A model generated the notes under the pieces. It saw only the letters and a list, made by a program, of their open reading frames with translations. It searched no databases and was not told the DNA's origin. Shown here piece after piece: positions 1-8,742 of a stretch of DNA of 64,000 nt (position 1 is the stretch's first letter; each line of letters opens with the position of its first letter). The position numbers and the translations under genes were made by a program. This stretch comes from Deltaproteobacteria bacterium (GTDB taxonomy: Bacteria > Myxococcota_A > UBA9160 > SMWR01). The stretch covers positions 45,900 through 109,899 of the forward strand of contig JAQBGU010000012.1 in the NCBI GenBank assembly GCA_032128375.1. Reading direction: 5' to 3'.

Positions 1-210
1 TGGTCGCTCGACGAACTGTCGGGAAGAGTCATTGTCGGCACGGGCATCCTTTCGCCGGGGTCCGGTGGATTCCAATTCATCGACTTCACGGAGTCGCTGG
101 GAATGCCGGTCCCGGAGCCGGACAGCCAGTGGATGTTCGCAGTCGCGATCGCGAGCCTCGTGGCACTCCGACGACGGCGGAACGCGGCGGCTGGCAGAAG
201 GCGAGGCTAA
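1..210 (+). CDS. 3' end of a PEP-CTERM sorting-domain protein (partial)
   Basis: Frame 1 is open from base 1 and reads ...GMPVPEPDSQWMFAVAIASLVALRRRRNAAAGRRRG* (TAA 208-210): VPEP, hydrophobic helix, Arg cluster. Not in the ORF track. Confidence 0.85.
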   Translation, partial: WSLDELSGRVIVGTGILSPGSGGFQFIDFTESLGMPVPEPDSQWMFAVAIASLVALRRRRNAAAGRRRG

Positions 211-310
211 ACGCGTCGGGAAGCAAAGCTGGATACGTGCCGAATGCGGCGCTGGGCGGACAGCGAGACTGCGCGTCTCCTAGCGACGCGTGGACCGAAG
301 CGCGGGTCGG

Positions 311-823
311 CTATTCGATGTATCCCAGGCTCCGCAACATCTCGAGTTCAGCGGGGTCGGAACCCGCGCTCGCAGAATCTCCGATCATCTTGGCGATGAT
401 CGGGCTATCGGGATAACGCTTCGCGCCGAGATCGAGCACCTCGATCGCAGTCGCACCGTCGCCGGCAGTCTTGAGCTGGTGGGCGGTCGCTGTGTACTCG
501 GTTGCCGGGATGAAGTCAGCGTAATCGGCCCCGAGACGAATGAGCAATTCCTTGGTTTGCAAGCCGTGGCCGGCGCGCGCATGTGCTTCCAGAAGAACCA
601 ACTCCAGTCCCCAAACGGTCGTGGCTTCACCACCCGCCGCCAACCCGTCTTGTGCGGCCGCGATCGCGGCGTCATAAGCGCCGTCGGCCAGGTCGCTTCG
701 CGCATCGACCAAGTGGTCTACGCCCGGCTTTCCGCATCCCGTCGGGGACAGAGCCACCGCGAGTGCCAACAGTAGTTTCAAAGACTTGCGGACGGTTCTT
801 GCGTATTGGGGGATTTTCGCCAT
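311..823 (-). CDS. Helical (TPR-like) lipoprotein with C-terminal LRSLGYIE motif
   Basis: Signal peptide and lipobox LLLALAVALSPTG-C; Ala-rich helices; ends ELEMLRSLGYIE. ATG 823 preferred over 880. Confidence 0.7.
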   Translation of the reverse strand: MAKIPQYARTVRKSLKLLLALAVALSPTGCGKPGVDHLVDARSDLADGAYDAAIAAAQDGLAAGGEATTVWGLELVLLEAHARAGHGLQTKELLIRLGADYADFIPATEYTATAHQLKTAGDGATAIEVLDLGAKRYPDSPIIAKMIGDSASAGSDPAELEMLRSLGYIE

Positions 824-1125
824 TGGAAATCCTCGAATTCCTGAAGCGACAAGTTCTCTTGTTTGAAACATTCCAAGCAAAGTCGGCGACTTACCCTAGC
901 CGTGTCGGCTGTTTGCCGCATCGTGTTCACGCGTAGTGTTCTACTCTAGGCGCGGCGGGTTTCGTCCGAAAACCGGGGAATCGGGCCCTCGCTGCCGCAT
1001 TCTCCCATTCTTGTTGGTCTCGTTGGCCTGGTTGGCGAGTGGCCAACGAATAGTTGGCTCAGTCGGGTTGAAGTTTGTCCCATCGCATTTGTCGGAGAGC
1101 TCTTGTCGGAAAATCGAGCGAGACC

Positions 1126-3381
1126 ATGATCTGTTTCCATCGCTGGCACCGAATCGTCTCGTCGAGCCCCACTCTGTCCGTGTGGCTGCTTGTCGCGATC
1201 GTGTCGGTCACCGCAGGCGAGGCGCACGCGTACATCGGTCCGGGAGCCGGCTTCGCGCTGGGCGGATCGATGCTGGTTCTGCTGGCCACCTTCCTGTTGG
1301 CCTTCGCGATCATCCTCACTTACCCCTTCCGGATGCTCTATCGCTTCATCAAGGTGGGCAACCCGTACAAGACCGCGATCGCGAAGAAGGTCGTAATTCT
1401 CGGCCTCGATGGAATGGACCCCGGCCTGACCACCAGGTTCATGCGTGAGGGCCGCATGCCGAATTTTCAGAAATTGGCGGACCGCGGTGTGTTTCGGAAA
1501 CTCGATACCAGCAATCCGTCCATGTCGCCGGTAGCGTGGTCGACGTTTGCTACCGGCGTCGACGCCAGCCGACACAATATCTACGACTTCCTCACGCGCG
1601 ATCCCTGCACGTACGGGCCGACGCTGAGTTCCACGGAACTGACGCAGGTGAGGAAGGTCGTCAACATCGGGCGCTTCATGGTACCGCTGGGGGGTACCTC
1701 GGCGAAGATGAAGTTACTCCAGAAGAGCCAGCATTTCTGGAAGTTACTCGGCGCGAAGAACATCTTTTCCATCATCCAACGCGTCCCCATCACCTTCCCG
1801 CCAGAGCCCTTCGAAAACGGTCTGTTGCTTTCCGGAATGTGCGTGCCGGATCTTCGCGGCAGCCAAGGCACTTTCTCTTTTTTCAGTAGCGATAGCGATG
1901 GCGGCGAAGCCAAGTTCATTGCGGGCGAACAGACGGTGCTGCGCCCCAAGGGCAACGTAACACGCTCGCGAATTGTCGGTCCCGACAATCCCAAGGGCGG
2001 GCGCATGACGCTTCCATTCACGCTAACGGTTGCGCAAGATGGCGCAGCGGCACTTCTCGAGATCGACGGCGGTGAATCCATCAAGCTGGTGGTGAATGAG
2101 TACTCGGACTGGGTCGAACTCAAATTCTCGGCGGGCTTTGGAGCGAAGGCGGCCGGCATCGCGAGGTTCTATCTGATCTCGACGGCGCCGCACATCAATC
2201 TCTATATGACGCCGATCCACATCGATCCGGAAAACCCGTCGATGCCCATCTCACACCCAGAAGTCTATGCAATCTACTTGGCAAAAAAGCAGGGCAAGTT
2301 TGCAACCATGGGTTTCTCTGAAGATACCTGGGCGCTCAACGGGCGCGTGATCGACGAGCAGGTCTTCTTGGACCAGGCGATGTCGATTTACGAAGAACGC
2401 GAGACGATGTTCCTCGGCGCGGTCAAGCAGGCCAAGAAGGGCCTCGTAACCACAGTCTTCGATACCACCGATCGCATTCAGCATATGTTCTATCGCTATC
2501 TGGACCCGACGCACCCGGCCAACGCAGGCAAAGACACCGTGAAACACCGCGGCGCGATTGCAGAGGTCTATGAAAAGGCGGACGAGCTACTCGGCAAGCT
2601 TCAGCCCGTGATCGACGATCCGGATTCGGTACTGATGGTGATCAGCGATCATGGTTTCACCAACTTCAGACGTTGCATCAATATCAACAGCTGGCTGCGC
2701 GAAAACGGTTACCTCTTCATGAAGGACGAGACGGCGATCGAGAGCGGCGAGTGGTTCGAGGGCGTCGATTGGACACGAACCAAGGCCTTTGCACTTGGGC
2801 TCACGGGCATCTTCATCAACCGCAGAGGCCGGGAAAAGTCGGGTATCGTGCACGAAGGCAAGGACTATCGCGATCTGTGCAGAGAAATCGCGGACAAGCT
2901 CGAGAACATGATCGACCCGAGTACAGGCAAACGCTGCTGTCGCCGGGTTGCCGTCTCACACAGCTACTTCGACGGGCCCTATCGATTCGACGCACCAGAC
3001 CTGCTCGTGGGCTGGGATGGAGGCTATCGGTATAGCTGGGAGGGCGCCGTCGGACAGGTGATGCCGGAGGTGTTTTCGGACAATACGCGCAGCTGGTCGG
3101 GCGACCACTGCGTCGACCCAGACGTCGTGCCCGGCATCTTGTTCTGCGACCGAGCGCTTTCGGAAGCGAACCCTCGCCTTGTCGATATTCCCGCGACGGT
3201 GTTGAAGTTGTTCGGCCAGGAGATCCCCGGATATATGCAGGGTCATATGATCCTGCCCGAAGGTGCCGAAGAGGGCACGGTCAAAGGCATGATCGACCCC
3301 ACATCGCTCGAACAGAGCGGTTCGGCGCCCGGAGCCCTGATCTTCCCTCCCGAAGGTCGCAGAGCCAGCGGACAGTCATGA
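1126..3381 (+). CDS. AlkP-superfamily type I phosphodiesterase/nucleotide pyrophosphatase-like protein with N-terminal membrane anchor
   Basis: Motifs GLDGMDP, SMSPVAWSTFATG, DRIQH, SDHGF, WSGDH; N-terminal AHA-YIGPGAG followed by a TM helix. Start uncertain (1126 or 1180). Confidence 0.85.
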   Translation: MICFHRWHRIVSSSPTLSVWLLVAIVSVTAGEAHAYIGPGAGFALGGSMLVLLATFLLAFAIILTYPFRMLYRFIKVGNPYKTAIAKKVVILGLDGMDPGLTTRFMREGRMPNFQKLADRGVFRKLDTSNPSMSPVAWSTFATGVDASRHNIYDFLTRDPCTYGPTLSSTELTQVRKVVNIGRFMVPLGGTSAKMKLLQKSQHFWKLLGAKNIFSIIQRVPITFPPEPFENGLLLSGMCVPDLRGSQGTFSFFSSDSDGGEAKFIAGEQTVLRPKGNVTRSRIVGPDNPKGGRMTLPFTLTVAQDGAAALLEIDGGESIKLVVNEYSDWVELKFSAGFGAKAAGIARFYLISTAPHINLYMTPIHIDPENPSMPISHPEVYAIYLAKKQGKFATMGFSEDTWALNGRVIDEQVFLDQAMSIYEERETMFLGAVKQAKKGLVTTVFDTTDRIQHMFYRYLDPTHPANAGKDTVKHRGAIAEVYEKADELLGKLQPVIDDPDSVLMVISDHGFTNFRRCININSWLRENGYLFMKDETAIESGEWFEGVDWTRTKAFALGLTGIFINRRGREKSGIVHEGKDYRDLCREIADKLENMIDPSTGKRCCRRVAVSHSYFDGPYRFDAPDLLVGWDGGYRYSWEGAVGQVMPEVFSDNTRSWSGDHCVDPDVVPGILFCDRALSEANPRLVDIPATVLKLFGQEIPGYMQGHMILPEGAEEGTVKGMIDPTSLEQSGSAPGALIFPPEGRRASGQS

Positions 3382-5414
3382 GCCCGAGCGACACAGTCAT
3401 GAGCCTGTTCACACGACGAATCGTGGTTGCGGCCATTTCTCTCGCCTGGTTTCTGCTGTCGACTAACGCTCATGCTAGCGGACAGGCGGGCTTGTTCATC
3501 GTGGGTGTCGATGGCATGGACCCGGTGATCACGCAGCGACTGATGGACGAGGGCAAGATGCCCAACTTCTCGAAACTGGCGAACGAGGGAACCTTCCAGC
3601 GCCTCGGAACCGCCAACCCGCCGCAGAGCCCCGTGGCTTGGTCGAACTTCGTCACTGGGATGAACCCAGGCGGCCACGGAATCTTCGACTTCATTCACCG
3701 CGATCCGGCCAACTACCACCCGGTGTCGTCTGCTACGCCCGCGGTCGATGATCCCGGAAGCGCGTTTCACTTGTTCGGCTACGTCTTCCCGATCGGTGCA
3801 CCCGATAGGGTCAACAATCGCGGCGGCACGCCGTGGTGGGATGTTCTGGTCGATCACGATATCGATGTCGAAGTGTTTCGGATTCCCGGCAACTTTCCGA
3901 ACCCGGAGTCAGAGGCGAAGGTGCTGGGCGGCATGGGGACGGTCGACCTGCGGGGCGGGTTCGGCACCTACACGCTGTACACCAACTCGTTGGTCGAAAA
4001 GAAGAACCCGAAGGGCGACGTGGAATACGTCACGGTTCACGACCTAGACCTCGATGGGACTCCCGAAACGGTGACCTCTGCGCTTCGGGGTCCGCCCGAT
4101 ACCTTTCACCTGGAACCCGGCGCGATTCCGACTCACAACCAATACCTCACGCAAGGTGTCACGGTCCACATCGACGCCGAGTCCGATACAGCGGTGATCG
4201 AGATCTCAGGTCAGCGAGCTCTGATTGAGCAAGGGGAGTGGTCCGAGTGGTTGGAGGTCCGCTACGACGCGATGCCGATGGGCTTGATGCCGGTTGACGG
4301 AATGGTTCGTTTCTACGCGATGGAGTTGCATCCGAATTTTCGGCTCTATGCATCGCCGGTGAATCTCTCGCCCGCCAGTCCTGCGATGGCGATCAGCAGT
4401 CCGGACGAATTCGCGGAAGACATCTACGAAAAGACCGGCTTTTTCTATACCCAGGGCTTACCCGAAGAGACTGACGCACTCAATGACGGCGTGTTCAGCG
4501 ATGATGACTATCTGGGTCAAGTCAGCCTGATCCAGCAGGACACACGCCGGATGATCGAGCTCGCACTCGACCGCTTCGAGACGGGCGACGCGACGTTTGT
4601 GTATCTGTCGGACATCGATCTGCAGAGTCACATGCTGTGGCGCCACGGTGATCCCAAGTACCCCGATGCGCCGCGGCACCCCGCGTACCGGCGAGACTTG
4701 GCTGAGAAGCACGCGAAGGACATCGAAAATTTCTATCGCGACGTCGACGAGTCACTGGGCGCGATCCGCAAGCGGTTGCCCGAAGGCACGCTGCTGATCG
4801 TGATGAGCGACCACGGCTTCCAGCCCTTTACGCGCGAGCTGCACCTGAACGCGTGGCTGCGCAACAAGGGTTACCTGGTGATGAAGCCGGAGAAGAATAC
4901 GGGCTACTTCGTGACCAACGATGTTGATTGGACGAAGACGCGCGCCTACGGGCTCGGATTCAACGGGCTGTACATCAACCTGGCGGGACGAGAGGCGCAG
5001 GGGATCGTCGAGCTCGCCGATTCCGATGCGCTGCTTGGGCAGCTGTCTCGAAGTCTCGAGGCGTACCGGGACCCCGACGGCGGTGGACGAGTCGTGCGGC
5101 GCGTGGCGCGCGGATCCGAGATCTATACCGGTGACCGCGCAACCGAAGGCCCCGACCTCGTGGTCGGTTATGAAAAGGGTTATGGCTGCTCGGACGAATC
5201 TACGCTCGGCGAAATCACAAAATGGGTCATCGAGGACAACGAGTCTCGATGGTCGGGCAACCACCTGATGGCGCCGGAGGTCGTTCCAGGGGTGTTGTTC
5301 GTAAACCGCAATTTGGCCGCTGATGGGCATGACCTCACCGATCTGACCGCCACGGTACTTTCCCATTTTGGCATCGACAAGCTCCCCGGCATGATCGGCG
5401 AGCCCGTGCTTTGA
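3378..5414 (+). CDS. AlkP-superfamily phosphodiesterase-like protein, paralogue 2, with signal peptide
   Basis: GVDGMDP, QSPVAWSNFVTG, DLQSH, SDHGF, WSGNH; ATGA overlap with the upstream gene. Confidence 0.85.
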   Translation: MSPSDTVMSLFTRRIVVAAISLAWFLLSTNAHASGQAGLFIVGVDGMDPVITQRLMDEGKMPNFSKLANEGTFQRLGTANPPQSPVAWSNFVTGMNPGGHGIFDFIHRDPANYHPVSSATPAVDDPGSAFHLFGYVFPIGAPDRVNNRGGTPWWDVLVDHDIDVEVFRIPGNFPNPESEAKVLGGMGTVDLRGGFGTYTLYTNSLVEKKNPKGDVEYVTVHDLDLDGTPETVTSALRGPPDTFHLEPGAIPTHNQYLTQGVTVHIDAESDTAVIEISGQRALIEQGEWSEWLEVRYDAMPMGLMPVDGMVRFYAMELHPNFRLYASPVNLSPASPAMAISSPDEFAEDIYEKTGFFYTQGLPEETDALNDGVFSDDDYLGQVSLIQQDTRRMIELALDRFETGDATFVYLSDIDLQSHMLWRHGDPKYPDAPRHPAYRRDLAEKHAKDIENFYRDVDESLGAIRKRLPEGTLLIVMSDHGFQPFTRELHLNAWLRNKGYLVMKPEKNTGYFVTNDVDWTKTRAYGLGFNGLYINLAGREAQGIVELADSDALLGQLSRSLEAYRDPDGGGRVVRRVARGSEIYTGDRATEGPDLVVGYEKGYGCSDESTLGEITKWVIEDNESRWSGNHLMAPEVVPGVLFVNRNLAADGHDLTDLTATVLSHFGIDKLPGMIGEPVL

Positions 5415-5490
5415 GAATCGAGACATCGACCTGCACCACCACGGTGGTCGAGCACAGCTTGCTCCACCACAGGGAAGGAGATCCGATCGA

Positions 5491-5691
5491 ATGCTAGGTA
5501 GCAAGAGTGTGAAGGTGAAACTCGACCGCGATCTGTTCGATCGCTTGCGCAAGGTCGCCGACGTAGCAGGCTACGCGACGCCCGAGGAGTTCGTGACCCA
5601 CGTCCTCGAAAAAGAGATGCTGCATTTCGAAGACGCGGGCTCTGACGACGATATTCGCGACAAGCTCAAAGGACTCGGTTACATCTCCTAA
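5491..5691 (+). CDS. Small ribbon-helix-helix (CopG-like) protein with C-terminal LKGLGYIS
   Basis: SVKVKLDRDLFDRLRKVADVAGYATPEEFVTHVLEKEM fits the RHH pattern; RBS AAGGAG upstream. Confidence 0.75.
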   Translation: MLGSKSVKVKLDRDLFDRLRKVADVAGYATPEEFVTHVLEKEMLHFEDAGSDDDIRDKLKGLGYIS

Positions 5692-5722
5692 GCCCAATTC
5701 AACAGGCGGCAGCGATCCGACG

Positions 5723-6541
5723 ATGCAGCTCTACAATGAAATTTCGAGTGCGATCTTCGACGCGCTGTACGCGCCGTTCGGCCATGAGTATCCCGCGTTT
5801 GACCTGCTGCTCTGGCCTGTCGTCATGGGTGTCGTGGCGCTCGTCGTTTTCAAGTACGTGTCGAATCAGAGCGCGATCGCGCGGGTCAAGAAGCAGATCA
5901 GCATGCATCTGATCGAAATACGGCTTTTCAGCCACGACATCGCACAGGTGCTGAAATCCACCTTCTTGATCGTCGCAAAGAACTCGATTTATGTCGGTCA
6001 CAACCTGTTGCCAATGATCGTGATGCTCCCGCCGATGGGCGCATTGATGGTGCAATTGGTGACCCACTATGGGTACGCGCCGTCGCCAGTTGGCGCCGTC
6101 GAATTGCTCCATCTGCAGCTCGACCCCGCTTCGGCGCAGCTTGCGCGGGACGTATCGCTGAAACTTCCAGCAGGGGTTTCGCTCGACGCGCCAATGGTAC
6201 GCAGCGCGGATGGGCAGGTTTACTGGCGTGTGCGTGCGGACCAGCCCGGAGACCACGTCTTCCAGATTGAGGTCGACGGCGAAGTCTTCGAGAAGGGTTG
6301 GGCGGTTGGCGGTGGGCCGCGAAAAATTCCCGTCAAGCGTTTGCGCAGCGCCGAGGCGCTGCTCTACCCCAGCGAGCCCGCGATCGGATCGGGTGCGCCG
6401 GTTGTGTCGATCGAACTGGATACGAAGACCCGACCGCTGGCCTTCTTCCCGGACGGCGAAGAGGGAATCCTGCTGTGGTCGTTCGGAGTGTCGATATTGG
6501 CAGCTCTCGCGCTGAAGCCCGTGTTTGGGGTCACGTTCTAG
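5723..6541 (+). CDS. Membrane protein, possibly EMC3/TMCO1 (DUF106)-like
   Basis: TM1, charged helical hairpin (SNQSAIARVKKQI...), TM2 LLPMIVMLPP, soluble beta-rich domain, terminal TM LWSFGVSILAALALKPVFG. Confidence 0.6.
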   Translation: MQLYNEISSAIFDALYAPFGHEYPAFDLLLWPVVMGVVALVVFKYVSNQSAIARVKKQISMHLIEIRLFSHDIAQVLKSTFLIVAKNSIYVGHNLLPMIVMLPPMGALMVQLVTHYGYAPSPVGAVELLHLQLDPASAQLARDVSLKLPAGVSLDAPMVRSADGQVYWRVRADQPGDHVFQIEVDGEVFEKGWAVGGGPRKIPVKRLRSAEALLYPSEPAIGSGAPVVSIELDTKTRPLAFFPDGEEGILLWSFGVSILAALALKPVFGVTF

Positions 6542-6544
6542 TCA

Positions 6545-7156
6545 ATGTGGAAATTCATCAAGCGACTCTTTCGCAGGAATCGAGGCGAGCCAATCGTCAT
6601 CGTGAGTGGTCTGCCGCGCTCTGGAACTTCGATGCTGATGCGGATGCTCGATCGCGGTGGCATCGAGATCATGACCGACAGTGAACGGGCCGCAGACATC
6701 GACAATCCGAATGGCTACTTCGAATACGAACGCGTGAAGCATCTCGAGAAGGAAGCAGACAAGTCCTACGTGAGCGAGGGACGCGGCAAGGTCCTCAAGG
6801 TGATTTCGTTTCTGATCAAGGATCTGCCCGACGACAACGACTACCGGGTGATCTTCATGCGACGCGACCTCGATGAAGTGATCACCAGCCAGAACAAGAT
6901 GATCGATCGGCTCGGAACGCAAGACACGACCGCGGACCGCGAAGCCATGAAAGAGGCCTACCGAAATGACATCGTCCGCACTCGGTTGTTGTGCAAAAAC
7001 CGACCCAACTTCGAACTGATCGAAATCCACTACAAGCAGACCATCGAAGATCCCGCCGCCACCGCCAGCGAGTTGAACGTGTTTCTGGGCGGGCGGCTCG
7101 ATGAAGCCGCGATGCGCGAGGGAGTCGACGCGAACCTCTACCGCAACAAGACCTGA
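6545..7156 (+). CDS. P-loop sulfotransferase family protein
   Basis: PAPS-binding-like motif IVSGLPRSGTSMLM; FMRRDLDEVITSQ; NPNGYFE. Confidence 0.85.
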   Translation: MWKFIKRLFRRNRGEPIVIVSGLPRSGTSMLMRMLDRGGIEIMTDSERAADIDNPNGYFEYERVKHLEKEADKSYVSEGRGKVLKVISFLIKDLPDDNDYRVIFMRRDLDEVITSQNKMIDRLGTQDTTADREAMKEAYRNDIVRTRLLCKNRPNFELIEIHYKQTIEDPAATASELNVFLGGRLDEAAMREGVDANLYRNKT

Positions 7157-7180
7157 CCCTCGACCGGCGATCGGGGCAAG

Positions 7181-8164
7181 CTACTGCTCCGGGTCGAGCG
7201 AGATCATCTGCGACTTGGCGTAGCGGTCGCCGGCAACCGTGTTGGCATTGATGATTTCTCCGGCGCGTTGCAGATCGTTCGCGGAGATGATGAGTTCGGC
7301 CGCCGCTGCGTTCTCTTCGACGTACGCGACGTGTTTGGTCCCGGGAATCGAAACGATCGAGTCTCCCCTCCCGAGTAGCCACACCAGCGCAAGCTGCGCC
7401 ATCGTGCACTGGTTGTCCGCCGCGATCGCTCCGAACTCGGAAAGCAGGTCCCGGTTCTTGCGGAAATTTTCCGTCTGGAATCGAGGCATTCCGCGCCGCA
7501 TGTCGGACTCTTCCAGGTCGTCGATGTCGACGATCTTTCCGGATAGGAAGGCCCGGCCCAATGGAGAAAACGGGACGAAGCCGATGCCCAACTCCGAGCA
7601 GACATCGAGTACGCGGTACTCAGGGTCTCGGGTCCACAACGAGTACTCGGACTGTACGGCCGTAATTGGGTGGACGGCGTGTGCCCGACTAATCGTCGTC
7701 GACGAGACTTCTGACAGGCCAATGGTTCGGATCTTGCCGGCCTTCACCAGCTCCGCGAGTGCGCCAACGCTGTCTTCGATCGGGACATTCGGATCGCGTC
7801 GGTGGAGGTAGTAGAGGTCGATCGAATCGGTCCCCAGGCGCTCGAGGCTCTCGTCACAGGTCTGGAAAACTGCCTCGGGTCGACAGTCGACGCCTCGACG
7901 ACCCCGATCGTCGACCACGATCCCGCATTTGCTCGCGAGAACGAATTCGTGCCGTCGCTTGGCGAGGACCTTGCCGATCAGCGTCTCGTTGTGTCCGAGG
8001 CCGTAGACGCTGGCCGTATCGAGGAACGTGATACCGATATCGAGCGCGCGATGTAGCGCGCGCTCGGACTCCGCCCGGTCCGGTTTTCCGTATGCCTGAG
8101 ACATGCTCATGCAACCGAGCCCGATCGCAGAAACCTCGAGTTCACCGAGTTGGCGTGTCTGCAC
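7181..8164 (-). CDS. Aldo/keto reductase
   Basis: IGLGCMSMS, DTASVYG, IDLYYLHR, IGLSE, QSEYSLW, IPGT; GTG 8164 after a GAGG RBS. Confidence 0.92.
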   Translation of the reverse strand: MQTRQLGELEVSAIGLGCMSMSQAYGKPDRAESERALHRALDIGITFLDTASVYGLGHNETLIGKVLAKRRHEFVLASKCGIVVDDRGRRGVDCRPEAVFQTCDESLERLGTDSIDLYYLHRRDPNVPIEDSVGALAELVKAGKIRTIGLSEVSSTTISRAHAVHPITAVQSEYSLWTRDPEYRVLDVCSELGIGFVPFSPLGRAFLSGKIVDIDDLEESDMRRGMPRFQTENFRKNRDLLSEFGAIAADNQCTMAQLALVWLLGRGDSIVSIPGTKHVAYVEENAAAAELIISANDLQRAGEIINANTVAGDRYAKSQMISLDPEQ

Positions 8165-8329
8165 GAAGTACCTCGCTTTGGTGTCGCCCCTTGATGGGGT
8201 CACTGGGTGATCCATAATCGCACATCCCGCGAAGGGATTGAATCGCTACCGCAGTTCGCTCTCCAAGCTCGCTGTCCAGACTCCTCAACCGTTTCGCCAA
8301 ACGGTTCGCTCAACCGAAAGGAACTCCAG

Positions 8330-8740
8330 ATGGCCACAATTCTCGCGCACATTCAGATCAAAACGGGTCGAGAGCGGGATTTCGAGGCGGTCGCGCGGGC
8401 ACTCCACGAGGCGACGCACCGCCGGGAGTCGGCGGTGATCCACTACGAGTACTGGCGCGGTGCGACGCCGTCGCTTTACTACTGCCTGCTCGCGTTCGAC
8501 GACTTCAACGCGTTCATTGCGCACCAGACGAGCGACCACCACGAGACCGCTTCACCGATGCTGGCCGAACTCATCGCCGATATGAAACTCGAATGGGTCG
8601 ACCCGGTCGGTGGAGCTTCTCGGCTGCCGCCGACCGACAAGCAGCCGCTTCCCGATGGGGCGGACGAACTAAGCCAGCGCTACCACCGAATCTTCGCCGC
8701 GACGCTCCAAGATTGGTGGCTCGCGATTCGAGGCGAGTGA
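8330..8740 (+). CDS. Antibiotic biosynthesis monooxygenase (ABM)-like protein
   Basis: MATILAHIQIKTGRERDFE...AFIAHQTSDHH dimeric alpha-beta barrel pattern; RBS AAAGGA. Confidence 0.7.
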   Translation: MATILAHIQIKTGRERDFEAVARALHEATHRRESAVIHYEYWRGATPSLYYCLLAFDDFNAFIAHQTSDHHETASPMLAELIADMKLEWVDPVGGASRLPPTDKQPLPDGADELSQRYHRIFAATLQDWWLAIRGE

Positions 8741-8742
8741 AC

